Shown here: one piece after another, positions 47,342-57,255 of the stretch
Layout: every line of letters starts with the position of its first letter
Numbering within the stretch: position 1 is the stretch's first letter
Assembly (NCBI GenBank): GCA_045047305.1
Contig: JASFYO010000029.1
Coordinates: forward strand, 1 to 64,000
Reading direction: 5' to 3'
DNA length: 64,000 nucleotides
Source: Planctomycetota bacterium
GTDB taxonomy: Bacteria > Planctomycetota > UBA1135
Made by a program: the position numbers and the translations under genes
Notes under the pieces: generated by a model
What the model was told of the DNA's origin: nothing
What the model saw: the letters and a program-made list of their open reading frames with translations, nothing else
Databases searched by the model: none

Positions 47342-49075
47342 ATGTTTGGACTCCTCACGAGCCTCCTCTTGGCGGCGGCGCAGCAAGCACCGTCGGTTCC
47401 TTTTGAATTTGACCTGCCCGCAGGCTATGCCCCCTTTGAAGCTTCAGCTGAGGAACTAGGCACCTGGGTCAGTGCTCGCGAGGACGCAGGTGCACGTTTT
47501 CTAGTGCGCCATTACGCGGTCACCATCGGAGCGATTCCTGCCGCGGTCGCCAAAGACATTCGTGATCGCTTGTGGGCACCAAGTCTGCAAAAAATCCAGC
47601 ACAGCATCACACCATGGGCTGGTGAGGTCGACGGCATTGAAGCGGCCGGATGGATCATTGAATATCCCTCTGAACACAAAGCCATGGTGGTACTGCAACG
47701 GATTGCCATCCAAGGCGAGGCTATGACCATGATTTTGTGGGAAGGTCCTTTCGCTGGCAAACAAGCAGCCGAAGCCTTACTCGACGGATTCAAGCTGCCA
47801 TCCAGTTGGCTCTCGCTTCCCCCGCCAGAAATCGATATCTACCGCGGCCTAGGGCCTAACGCGGAAGCTCCACTCTTCCCAGGTAAAATGGAGATAGAGA
47901 TATTTTCGCCCGCGTTTAAGGAAGATGCCTACATGACAGTTCGGGTTAGCTATACCCCCGGTTTAGGCCCAACTCCAAACCAGGAATTCACTTGGCAACT
48001 TCCCAGCGGCGCCGCGCTGCAACCGCAAGAGGATGATTTAGGTGGACGTCGGGTGGTTTATCGCGTTCCGCTTGGAGAAGATGGCGGATTTGGCGCTACC
48101 TTTGGTATCACCCGCCTCGATGGGCAGGAATTCAGCGCTTTGAATCCCCTTTGGTTGGCGATGCCGTCGCCAGCGCTTAGTCTGCCAAATGTACAACCTC
48201 CTGAGTGGCAACTGACCGTGACTCACCTGGCTAATCTTGAGGCTATTTCCACTCAAGTGATCCACCAAAGATTTGACGAGGTCAACAAAGCCATCATCAC
48301 AGAATTCGCAGCCGTCCCCGCTGGAGTTGCATGGCCGTTCTTTTTAATCGGCGACTTTGAACTGCGTCAGACCGCAGGCCGTAACTGGCACTTGCGCCTC
48401 AACAGCAACGCCACCTTAGAAGAGGATGCGATGCGTGAGATCGTACGTCTGCATAAGGCACTAGATCTATGGATGCCAGGAGTCAGTGAACATTGGACTG
48501 TCGCTTCCTTTCCTTGGATTGGGGATCGAGTGATGCCAGGACTCTTAGTATTGGATGAACAACGTGGCTGGTTTGGCGCGCCAGTGGATAGTGACTTTGA
48601 AGGTTTAAGCCGACGCACAGCCCTAGCCAAACTTCTTTGCCAAGAGCCCTTTGGTGTGCGCAGTCACTCCCGCGGCAGTGCGGCCCTGTTCATGGAATCT
48701 TCTCTCGCTGAATACGCCGCTTGGCGTTTGCTAGAAACTTCTGACAATCAAGCCGACGCCGATGCACTCCTTGCCAGCTGGAAGTTACACGAAAAACGTT
48801 CTGGCGCCCTACCAATGCCACTTTCGCTACTAGAAATTGGCGATCTCTACGGGCCCCGCCGCCTGCTCAGCTTTGGCCCTTTGGTCTGGCGTGCCATCGA
48901 ACAGAACTGTGGCAGAGCCGCATTCGATAACATCCTAAAACAGCAGCTACAAAGCCACTCTTGGTGGACTACTTCTGATTTAGAGGCAAAACTTAAAGCC
49001 GCCAACCCAAGTTTCGATTGGGATGAATTTTTCACCCAGCATGTCTACGGGCGCAATCTGCCCTCCGACGCTTAA
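47342..49075 (+). CDS. Secreted M1-aminopeptidase-like protein lacking HEXXH
   Basis: Signal peptide; LAKLLCQEPFG...FMESSLAEY and GPLVWRAIEQNCGRAAFD..TTSDL..FFTQHVY follow the M1 catalytic-domain layout. Confidence 0.65.
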   Translation: MFGLLTSLLLAAAQQAPSVPFEFDLPAGYAPFEASAEELGTWVSAREDAGARFLVRHYAVTIGAIPAAVAKDIRDRLWAPSLQKIQHSITPWAGEVDGIEAAGWIIEYPSEHKAMVVLQRIAIQGEAMTMILWEGPFAGKQAAEALLDGFKLPSSWLSLPPPEIDIYRGLGPNAEAPLFPGKMEIEIFSPAFKEDAYMTVRVSYTPGLGPTPNQEFTWQLPSGAALQPQEDDLGGRRVVYRVPLGEDGGFGATFGITRLDGQEFSALNPLWLAMPSPALSLPNVQPPEWQLTVTHLANLEAISTQVIHQRFDEVNKAIITEFAAVPAGVAWPFFLIGDFELRQTAGRNWHLRLNSNATLEEDAMREIVRLHKALDLWMPGVSEHWTVASFPWIGDRVMPGLLVLDEQRGWFGAPVDSDFEGLSRRTALAKLLCQEPFGVRSHSRGSAALFMESSLAEYAAWRLLETSDNQADADALLASWKLHEKRSGALPMPLSLLEIGDLYGPRRLLSFGPLVWRAIEQNCGRAAFDNILKQQLQSHSWWTTSDLEAKLKAANPSFDWDEFFTQHVYGRNLPSDA

Positions 49076-49105
49076 CCTCTAGTCTGCCTTCCACTCCCCC
49101 GAATC

Positions 49106-50035
49106 ATGCGCATTTATTACCACCGCGACTTTGATGGCATGGCCTCAGCCGCCATCCTTGCGGACGCTCTCGAGCAGTCTCGCGACGAAGCTCAAGTCCG
49201 TTGGGCAGGGGTGAACTTTGACCGCACCCTAAATTGGGAAGACTTTGCCATGGGGCAAAACTTTGCCGTGGTAGATTTTCATTTCCACCCACGCGCAAAG
49301 TATTGGTTTGATCACCACCCAACCACCTTCCTCAGTGAAGAAGATCAAGCCAAGTTCACTCCAGATGAGAACCGCTGCTTTGACCCAACCGCGCCTAGCT
49401 GCCCCCCCATTATCCTGAAGCATGCAATAGAACATTGGGGATACGAGCCCCGCGCGCACTATGCAGAACTTTCCAAGTGGTCCGACATCATCGATGCCGC
49501 ACGCTTTGGATCTGCCGACCAGTCCATGTTTGGGACGGAAGCCGCCATTCGAGTTAGCCGCGCACTCACTTGCGCTCCAGATTTGAGCTTCCACGACCGC
49601 GTGGTTGGCTTGATGCGCGACCGCCCTCTTTTACAGGTCGCCAATGATCCCAAAATCGATAAGTGCTATGAGCGTTCCTGCCGCAACCGCGATAATGCAT
49701 TGGAGAACTTCAGCGCCAATGTGCAGATTCGATCGGCCACCGCCTTGTTCGCTGACTTACGTTCGCGCAAGATTCGCCGCGAACGTTTTGCGCCGTTCTA
49801 CTTGAACCCAGAAATCAACTACGCCGTCACCTTGTTACCCACTCGCGCGGGTGTGCATATTACGCTGGCCTCGAATCCATGGAATCGGCCGAAGAGTGAT
49901 TTTCACATCGGCAATGAAATGAAAAAATATGGCGGCGGCGGCCACCAAGGCGTTGGAGGGTGCAATCCTCCGGATGAAGCCACAGCCCTGGAATGGGCTC
50001 ACGATATCTACCACGCGGTCGAAAGCCTCAGCTAG
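49106..50035 (+). CDS. DHH-family phosphoesterase
   Basis: YHRDFDGMASA, VVDF, FDHH and GGGGH. Confidence 0.88.
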   Translation: MRIYYHRDFDGMASAAILADALEQSRDEAQVRWAGVNFDRTLNWEDFAMGQNFAVVDFHFHPRAKYWFDHHPTTFLSEEDQAKFTPDENRCFDPTAPSCPPIILKHAIEHWGYEPRAHYAELSKWSDIIDAARFGSADQSMFGTEAAIRVSRALTCAPDLSFHDRVVGLMRDRPLLQVANDPKIDKCYERSCRNRDNALENFSANVQIRSATALFADLRSRKIRRERFAPFYLNPEINYAVTLLPTRAGVHITLASNPWNRPKSDFHIGNEMKKYGGGGHQGVGGCNPPDEATALEWAHDIYHAVESLS

Positions 50036-50040
50036 AGCTT

Positions 50041-51084
50041 ATGCAACCCTTGCTAGAATCGCATCCATCCGCTTGGCCGGGGATTTTCAAAGAGCTCGGC
50101 GTGCCTTCCTTTCATGGTAAGAACGCCGCGCGATGGGTGTTTCAGCGTGGTGCCGGCTCGTGGCAAGAAATGACCGACTTGCCGGCCTCTCTACGCCAAA
50201 AGCTGGAGGCCGAAATCCCTCTACTACGCGCACGTTTAATCGACACCTCGGAAGCTAGTGATGGTGCGGTCAAAGTGCTGCTTGCAATGCCGGACGATGC
50301 CACGGTGGAAGCCGTCGGTATGCCGGGCACTGCAGGGCGAACCTTATGCCTCAGCACTCAGGTCGGTTGCCCGGTGAAATGTCGTTTTTGCGCGAGTGGC
50401 ATGGAGGGACTCAGCCGTAACCTGACTCAAGGTGAAATACTCGAACAGGTGTTGTGGCTAAGGCGCGCACAGGGTGATTTTCAGCGCATTGTGGTTATGG
50501 GCATGGGAGAGGCTGGGTTTAACCTCGACGCCGTCCTGGGTGCTCTCGATGTCCTCCTCGACGACACTGGCTTCGGCCTCTCTGCCCGCCGCATTACCCT
50601 CAGCACGGTCGGACCCAAAGACACTCTCCCGCGCATTGCCGCATGGGGCCGCCCGGTAAATCTTGCGCTCTCACTTCATGCCCCCGACGACGAGCTTCGT
50701 CATCAATTGGTACCTGGAGTCGCCAAACGCAGCATCGATGAGACTCTGGCCGAAGCCGATGCCCTATTCGTGGCGCATGGGCGTGAATATACGGTGGAAT
50801 ATGTGCTCTTGGCGGGCGTGAATGACTCCCCTGAACAGGCCGAAGCCCTGGCCTCTTTGTTATACCAAAGACGTTGTCACGTAAATCTAATCCCCTTTAA
50901 CCCAGTGGCGGAACTGTCTTACGACCGTCCCGCCCCATTGGTGCAGGAAGACTTCGCGAAACGGCTACGAGCAAGGGGTCTATCCGTTACCTTAAGACGG
51001 AGTCTTGGACGGGAATCGGACGCCGCTTGTGGTCAGCTTCGGCGTCGCAGGTTGCCCTCCCCAGACCTCTCGACCGAAGTCTAA
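50041..51084 (+). CDS. rlmN: Radical SAM rRNA/tRNA methyltransferase RlmN
   Basis: CLSTQVGCPVKCRFC, MGMGEA, LSLHAP, EYVLL, NLIPFN and AACGQL. Confidence 0.9.
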   Translation: MQPLLESHPSAWPGIFKELGVPSFHGKNAARWVFQRGAGSWQEMTDLPASLRQKLEAEIPLLRARLIDTSEASDGAVKVLLAMPDDATVEAVGMPGTAGRTLCLSTQVGCPVKCRFCASGMEGLSRNLTQGEILEQVLWLRRAQGDFQRIVVMGMGEAGFNLDAVLGALDVLLDDTGFGLSARRITLSTVGPKDTLPRIAAWGRPVNLALSLHAPDDELRHQLVPGVAKRSIDETLAEADALFVAHGREYTVEYVLLAGVNDSPEQAEALASLLYQRRCHVNLIPFNPVAELSYDRPAPLVQEDFAKRLRARGLSVTLRRSLGRESDAACGQLRRRRLPSPDLSTEV

Positions 51085-51093
51085 TCAAACCCG

Positions 51094-54000
51094 ATGCGTT
51101 TTCTCCTACTGCTTGCCTGCCTGACTCTCCTCCCCGCTAGCGGTGGTGGTGAAAACCCCTTCCTGGAAAAGCAGCTTGCAACCGCCACGCGTTTGCTCGA
51201 AGCAGGCAAGGTCGCCGAAGCCAGAGTGCAAATCGAACGAGCGCTGGAACGCGATGACCAACATCTAGGTGCCCTTCGCTTATGGGCTAGCGTTTGCGCC
51301 AAGGCTGGCGACAAAGACACCGCAGCTTATGCATTACATTCTTGGCTCGAAGTGGTGCGCGCCGCAGAAACACCATCCGTTAAGAGAAAAGTAATCAAGG
51401 AAGTCGAAGCGGATTTGCTTCTGATTGATACCGAGGCTAAAAGTTTTCGCAAGTTGACTGATTTATACATCAAGGAGTTATTGAAACTAGAGAAGGAGCA
51501 TGTCAAAAGGGGACGTTTCCATTCCGCGCTTGCGATCCTCGATGAAGTGCTGCACATCGATCCACGGAATGCAGAAGGCTTACGTTTATATAAGGCCATT
51601 CAACGCGAAGGCGGATCCGATATCGCGACAGAAGATATTTACGCCGGCACCGACCCGAGCGCAGGCGTCGACCCGGAATGGATCGCCGAAGAAAATGCCA
51701 AGCATTCTGATTGGAAGAATGCATGGCGTAAAGAAACTGAGTATTACCGCATTCGCACCAACGCCGGTTATATGGTGTTGCAAACTGCCGGCATCGCGAT
51801 GGACCAAATGAGTTTGGCCTACCGCAGATTCTTCCACTACAAAGAAGACGGTGGATCCGTCCCGAAAATCGATGTCTTGGTATTCAAGAACCGAGATGAA
51901 TATCTAACCCTCGGAAGTAGCCCGGTAGAGTGGTCCGCAGGTCAATTTACAGGAAGTGCGGTGGAGACTTACATCGGCGATGCGGAAGGTTCCGACGGGA
52001 TTCGTGGCATGTACAGCACTCTGTTTCACGAAGCAGCGCACCAATATGTTTCTCTCACAGGAAAAGGCGGCGTACCTGGTTGGCTCAACGAAGCTTATGC
52101 CTCCTTCTTTGAAGGCACCACCATTCTGTCTAATGGAACTGTAAGGTGGAACCGAGTCAACAATGGTCGTTTGTTTGCTTTGGCCCCGCGCCTAGAAGCT
52201 GGATGGATGAAAGATTATAACGACGGCATCCGCGACAACGAAGGTGGATGGGGCACTCCAACCAAGGCGCCAAGTTTGCGCATCTTGATTGAGAACCGCT
52301 ACGAATGGGGTCCACCATGGTATGCGCCGACTTGGGGGGTGGTGTACTTCCTCTACAATTACCGCGATCCAGAAACCGGTATTCCGGTGCTACGCGCACC
52401 CTTGCACGAATACTATTTGTCTGGAGCAGGCAGTGTAGGCCCCAGTCGCCGCATTGAACACTTTGAGGAAATTGTTTTATCCGGTGAAAAGTCGCCGGTG
52501 AAGACGGTCGACGAACTCACTGAGATTTGGGCAGAATGGTTGTTAGAGTTGCGCGATCGCCAGCTCGGCAAAGGCGATGCAGAAGCAGACTTGTTGCATT
52601 ACGCAGACTTGGCCATCGAACGCAACGATATCGAACTCGCTCTTTCGCTGCTAGAAGAAGCCATGCTTTACGCACCGGATAACCCTGAAACGCAATGGAG
52701 TCTTGCCAACGTACTCGAGGAGAAAAAGCTGTATGACCGCGCAAGTTCGATGTACCGAACCTTTGCTTCCGAATTAGAGTTACGCGGCTTGGCGGGAGAA
52801 GATTCACGTTATGAGCGTGCGCGCAAATTAATGGAAGAACTGGACCCCTTGTTCCAAAAGCACAAAAAGCTAAAATTCCAACTTGAAACCGACGGCTTGA
52901 AACTCGCGCGATCCTATCGTCAACGTAAAATGCCACGTATGGCGATGGAAATCGCTAGGCGAATGTCGGCCAGCTGGTCGATGCCAGAAGCACTCGCCTT
53001 TTATACCGAAGTAGCCATGGAAAGTGGTATCAGTTTGGCGCGTTGGAGAATCGCCTATAACGAGCTCACACTCGACGGATGGCAACCCAATAAGTATTAC
53101 CGTGCATACGGCAAGATTGTCGACGTCCTGGTCGTCGATGACCCGCTCATCAAAACGCCACCAGGTTCCTTCCAAACCCAAGAGCTCTCCGCCGACGTTT
53201 CCTTCGATGCCGACTACTCCATCGAAACTGAATTTCGCTTCGGGAAGGACCCTAGTTTCATGGGGCTTTGTTTCGGCCGCAAAGATGGTCGCAACACACA
53301 CGCCGTCGGCCTTTATCCCAAGGGTGCGCTCGACGTCGCGACCAAGGCTGGCGGCAATTGGACTACGCGCGATCACCAACAGCTTTCCATCGCACCCGGC
53401 TGGCACAAACTCAAAATCGATGTTGTAACCCAAACCGGCGCCAATGCCGTAGTCGACATTTACTTCGATGACAAGTATCTACGCAGCGTTGAAATGCCGC
53501 GCGATAGTGTGCGTGGAAGTTTTGGCCTCATCACTGGAACCGGAGACGGACACTTCCGCAACATCCGCATTTTGGAGCGCGACCCCCACGATCCAGCGGC
53601 CCGCATTGAACGTGAAATCGCACTGAAGGAACGCTTAAGTGATCCTTCCAGCCGAGCCCCTGGCGTATTCCAGGGCGTGAAACCACCGGACTTCAGCAAG
53701 ATGCACGGCAAATGGCTGCAGGGCGAAGCTATGACTCTACTCGACAATTACGGGCATCCATCGGTCATCGCATTCTGGACCCCCCATCAAGACGAACTGA
53801 TACCAACCACCGATTACTATGATTGGTTAGTCGGTAAATGGAAGGAATTCGGACTCGAGGTCGTGGTGGTCGTCACCAATTCGCACACCGAGAAAGCAGT
53901 GCTGGATTGGCTCAAGGAGCATCCGATGGAACATGTCCGCGTTCTCTATGACCAACGGTTTTTGATTTACCCGGCCTACAACGTGGGCCAGGGTGGCTGG

Positions 54001-54714
54001 GAAATCCCCCGATTGCTGCTAATCGATGTCGATGGCACAGTCGCCTGGGAAGGCGACCCAAACCTTCGTCTGGATGTTGGCTGGGATTTAATGGAGCCAG
54101 AAATCACCCCCCTCGACCAATCCATCGAGGCCTTAGTCAACAAGCGCCAACTACGTGAGCTTGAAAAATTGGGGCCCAGCTACGATGCAGCACTTAGCTT
54201 GTTCGAGAAGGGAGACTTGAAATTAGCCCTGAATAAGCTCACCCCGCTTGCCAATCTCAAGGCCGGCTTCGACATTCGAGTGCAAGATGCACGCGCCTTA
54301 CGCGATGCGATTGAAGGTATCGGCGCCGAACTTCCTTTAGCTGCAGAAGCTGCCGAAGAAGAAGGGCGTCCATTGTTTGCGTTTGCCTTACTCTCTCGCG
54401 CGATCGACGAATTCCCTAAAACCGGAATCGCAGACCTCTCCACATCTAGGCGACGCAAGCTGGAACGTACCACGCAGTACCGTAAGGCCACCAAGGCATG
54501 GAAGTCTCTAGAGTCGGCGGCCAAAGATGCTGGGCGTGGCCGTGATCAAGCGCAGATCATGGCGAACCTCGACAAGGCCTTAGCTGCCAGTGATTGTGCA
54601 GAGGTCCAAGAAGCAGCCGCCAACATGAGAGACGTCCTACTGCAAAGCGGCGCAAGCGCTGTTGCTGCAGTATGGGAAAAAGTCCAGCCCCAAACTTTGG
54701 GACTGGACTTCTAA
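51094..54714 (+). CDS. Large secreted multidomain protein: TPR + zinc-metallopeptidase-like + beta-sandwich + thioredoxin-like
   Basis: Signal peptide; TPR helices; LFHEAAHQY..WLNEAYASFFE; WHKLKIDV..FRNIRI; IAFWTP..PRLLLIDVDGTVAW. Confidence 0.8.
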   Translation: MRFLLLLACLTLLPASGGGENPFLEKQLATATRLLEAGKVAEARVQIERALERDDQHLGALRLWASVCAKAGDKDTAAYALHSWLEVVRAAETPSVKRKVIKEVEADLLLIDTEAKSFRKLTDLYIKELLKLEKEHVKRGRFHSALAILDEVLHIDPRNAEGLRLYKAIQREGGSDIATEDIYAGTDPSAGVDPEWIAEENAKHSDWKNAWRKETEYYRIRTNAGYMVLQTAGIAMDQMSLAYRRFFHYKEDGGSVPKIDVLVFKNRDEYLTLGSSPVEWSAGQFTGSAVETYIGDAEGSDGIRGMYSTLFHEAAHQYVSLTGKGGVPGWLNEAYASFFEGTTILSNGTVRWNRVNNGRLFALAPRLEAGWMKDYNDGIRDNEGGWGTPTKAPSLRILIENRYEWGPPWYAPTWGVVYFLYNYRDPETGIPVLRAPLHEYYLSGAGSVGPSRRIEHFEEIVLSGEKSPVKTVDELTEIWAEWLLELRDRQLGKGDAEADLLHYADLAIERNDIELALSLLEEAMLYAPDNPETQWSLANVLEEKKLYDRASSMYRTFASELELRGLAGEDSRYERARKLMEELDPLFQKHKKLKFQLETDGLKLARSYRQRKMPRMAMEIARRMSASWSMPEALAFYTEVAMESGISLARWRIAYNELTLDGWQPNKYYRAYGKIVDVLVVDDPLIKTPPGSFQTQELSADVSFDADYSIETEFRFGKDPSFMGLCFGRKDGRNTHAVGLYPKGALDVATKAGGNWTTRDHQQLSIAPGWHKLKIDVVTQTGANAVVDIYFDDKYLRSVEMPRDSVRGSFGLITGTGDGHFRNIRILERDPHDPAARIEREIALKERLSDPSSRAPGVFQGVKPPDFSKMHGKWLQGEAMTLLDNYGHPSVIAFWTPHQDELIPTTDYYDWLVGKWKEFGLEVVVVVTNSHTEKAVLDWLKEHPMEHVRVLYDQRFLIYPAYNVGQGGWEIPRLLLIDVDGTVAWEGDPNLRLDVGWDLMEPEITPLDQSIEALVNKRQLRELEKLGPSYDAALSLFEKGDLKLALNKLTPLANLKAGFDIRVQDARALRDAIEGIGAELPLAAEAAEEEGRPLFAFALLSRAIDEFPKTGIADLSTSRRRKLERTTQYRKATKAWKSLESAAKDAGRGRDQAQIMANLDKALAASDCAEVQEAAANMRDVLLQSGASAVAAVWEKVQPQTLGLDF

Positions 54715-54750
54715 GAGCTTCGCCGTGGCGAATCTAAACTTGGCCTTGGT

Positions 54751-56085
54751 TTAAAGCACCTTCAAGGATTGCTCAGTCAAAACGAGCACCTTGTCGACAT
54801 CTCCACTGGTGATAGCCAGATGTGGGCGGAAACGAATGGTGCGCTCGCCACTGCCGAGCCCAAGAAGACCATTGTCGAACATTTCGCTCAACATTTTATC
54901 GCGAGCATCGCCGCTAGGAAGGTCAAAGGCCATCAGTAATCCAACACCACGGACGTTCTCGACCATGTCAAAGGATTCAGCCATTTTGCGCATGTTGTCC
55001 AACCAGTATGCACCTTGGTTCGCGGCGTTGTCGCACAAGTTCTCGTCACGAATGACTTCCAGAACTTTGGTGGCGCGCACCATATCAACCAAGTTGCCAC
55101 CCCAAGTGGAGTTGATGCGACTCGACTTCTCGAAACAGTTATCTGGCACTTCATCCACCTTTGGACCCGCCATGATGCCACACTGCTGTGCCTTCTTGCC
55201 GAAGCAGAAGATGTCTGGAGTGATACCGTAATGCTGGAACATCCATGGCTTGCCGCTCCCGAAGTAACCGGTTTGCACTTCATCCAAAATGAACAAGCAA
55301 TCATACTTTTCACAGCGTGCCTGTAGACCTTGCAGGAACTCGGCGCGGAAGTGACGATCGCCACCCTCACATTGCATAGTTTCAATCAAGATCGCAGCGA
55401 TATCGTCTCCATGCTTATCAAAGCATGCATCAATTACTGCAAAACAATCCTCTTCGGCTGCAATATGCTCGCGTAGGCCATCGCCTTCCAGCGGGAAAGT
55501 GACTGCAGGTGCAAGCACACGTGGCCAATCCTCAAACTTTGGAAAGTAATCAACCTTGTCTGGCAGAGTGTTGGTCAGCGACAAGGTGTATCCAGAGCGA
55601 CCGTGGAATGCTTTTTCAAAGTGCAGGATTTTGGTGCCTACATCAGCATCGACGCCCTTGGCACGATTGCGGCGTACCTTCCAGTCGAAGGCAACCTTCA
55701 TTGCGTTTTCAACAGCAAGCGCTCCGCCATCGATGAAGAACATGTGCTTAAAGCCTTCGGGAGCTGCAACCTCACCCATCCGGGTGACGAAATCGGCCAT
55801 CTCGGTGGTGTAAAGATCAGAGTTCGCTGGGCGATTGGCGATCACGTAATCCAAGCTACGCAACCAAGCCTGATCCATCAAAGCTGGATGATTCCAACCG
55901 ATTGGAGTGGAGCCAAAACAGCCGAAGAAGTCGACAAAGGTTTTGCCACTGCGAGAATCATGCAGTTCAGCGCCCAGGGACTTCTCGAAATCGAGAACGA
56001 GTGGGTAGCCGTCGGCCAGAATCCAGCGGCCGAGAGTCTCGTGAACCTGCTGGGGATCGGTATGAGTTTGTGTGGATGTGGTCAT
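54751..56085 (-). CDS. lat: L-lysine 6-transaminase (class III aminotransferase)
   Basis: GALAVENAMKVAFDWK, AFHGRSGYTLSLTNT, DEVQTG, FGKK and SRINSTWGG. Confidence 0.9.
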   Translation of the reverse strand: MTTSTQTHTDPQQVHETLGRWILADGYPLVLDFEKSLGAELHDSRSGKTFVDFFGCFGSTPIGWNHPALMDQAWLRSLDYVIANRPANSDLYTTEMADFVTRMGEVAAPEGFKHMFFIDGGALAVENAMKVAFDWKVRRNRAKGVDADVGTKILHFEKAFHGRSGYTLSLTNTLPDKVDYFPKFEDWPRVLAPAVTFPLEGDGLREHIAAEEDCFAVIDACFDKHGDDIAAILIETMQCEGGDRHFRAEFLQGLQARCEKYDCLFILDEVQTGYFGSGKPWMFQHYGITPDIFCFGKKAQQCGIMAGPKVDEVPDNCFEKSSRINSTWGGNLVDMVRATKVLEVIRDENLCDNAANQGAYWLDNMRKMAESFDMVENVRGVGLLMAFDLPSGDARDKMLSEMFDNGLLGLGSGERTIRFRPHLAITSGDVDKVLVLTEQSLKVL

Positions 56086-56106
56086 TTCTAAGCAGCTAAG
56101 GGAAAT

Positions 56107-56589
56107 TTAATTCGTTCCGCCCAGCGCAGGGATGGTGCGGCAAAAATCGAGGAACAAATCTTCGTCGGCAGCATTTTCTTCCAAAGTGCCGACCATGAGC
56201 ATAGGTGCTGCGCGCCCAAGGCTCGCAAGCATTTGCCGATTGAGTTTGAGATTGGCAACCAGAGCCGGGTGTCCATCTTCGCCACCAACAATCAAACTGG
56301 CGCCGGCATCGGCAATCCGATGTACGGCGGAAGCGAGCTCACCGAGGGAGCACTCCTCCTGCAGCGGAAGTTTCGAAATCCGCGAGCGAAGAGCAGAAAG
56401 GAAGGCTGTGTTACGTACTTCAGGCACCAAAACTAAGCTGATCACTGGACGCGCGAGCCATGTCTCCATAAGAGCTTCCGCCGCCTGCGCGACCGGAGCT
56501 TCGGCGGCGAGGCAGAACACCTTTTCCCCAGAAGCTTGCAAGGGGGATTCCTGCACAGCCTGGTCGGAAGTAAGGTTAAGGGTATTCAT
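56107..56589 (-). CDS. Hypothetical protein
   Basis: 160-aa ORF filling the gap upstream of lat on the same strand; no motif recognised. Confidence 0.5.
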   Translation of the reverse strand: MNTLNLTSDQAVQESPLQASGEKVFCLAAEAPVAQAAEALMETWLARPVISLVLVPEVRNTAFLSALRSRISKLPLQEECSLGELASAVHRIADAGASLIVGGEDGHPALVANLKLNRQMLASLGRAAPMLMVGTLEENAADEDLFLDFCRTIPALGGTN

Positions 56590-57022
56590 GTCAGAGGAGA
56601 CCTCTCAAGCAGCGCAGTCAGGAAGGTGGGATGCCGAAGAAGCATCGTCTGCTCGCCTGAGTTTGCCACGTATCAGCAGCCTAAGAAAGAAGCGTGACTA
56701 CGCGAGAGTCTACGCCGAGGGCAAACGCGCCCGGGGACGGCTCATTCTAGTCGTTGCGGCTCCAGGATTGAACCCCCTGTCTGCGCGTATGGGACTTTCC
56801 GTGGGGCGCAAATTCAATCCCTCGGCGGTGGTGCGCAATCGAGCACGCCGAGTTTTACGTGATGCATTCCGTCTGCAGCGACGCCAATTGCCCCACCTGG
56901 ACCTCATTCTCATCCCTACAGCTCGTGGCGCGGAGTACAAAACCAATGAGGTTGAGGCCGAGTTACGTCGCCTGAGTAAAAAAATTGCCCGCTGGTTCGA
57001 AGAGGACCAGGCCAAAACTTAG
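56588..57022 (+). CDS. rnpA: Ribonuclease P protein component (start uncertain)
   Basis: LRKKRDYARVY, RMGLSVGRK and AVVRNRARRVLRD (RNR motif). Confidence 0.9.
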   Translation: MSEETSQAAQSGRWDAEEASSARLSLPRISSLRKKRDYARVYAEGKRARGRLILVVAAPGLNPLSARMGLSVGRKFNPSAVVRNRARRVLRDAFRLQRRQLPHLDLILIPTARGAEYKTNEVEAELRRLSKKIARWFEEDQAKT

Positions 57023-57024
57023 AC

Positions 57025-57255
57025 ATGCGCTACCTCTTTATGGGGCTTATTAAAGCCTATCGCTTCCTTTTGAGTCCGCTTCTGGGCGCCGACAAGTGCA
57101 GGTTTACTCCAAGCTGTTCAGAATACGGACTAGAAGCTCTGCAAATACATGGAAGCATCAAGGGCCTCGGCCTTACAATCTGGAGAATTCTCCGCTGCCA
57201 GCCCCTCTGTCGCGGCGGATTTGACCCGGTTCCCCTTCGAAAACCGAAGCCATGA
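57025..57255 (+). CDS. yidD: Membrane protein insertion efficiency factor
   Basis: CRFTPSCSEY..HG..RILRCQP..GGFDPVP. Confidence 0.95.
   Translation: MRYLFMGLIKAYRFLLSPLLGADKCRFTPSCSEYGLEALQIHGSIKGLGLTIWRILRCQPLCRGGFDPVPLRKPKP

Noticed and set aside
54719..54732. Hairpin TTCGCC-GT-GGCGAA between convergent genes
   Set aside because: Short stem with no clear U-tract; too weak to call a terminator.
56132..56587. 296-aa RnpA with a large N-terminal domain
   Set aside because: The extension is the antisense frame of ORF 56107-56589; RnpA motifs occupy only the last ~120 aa.
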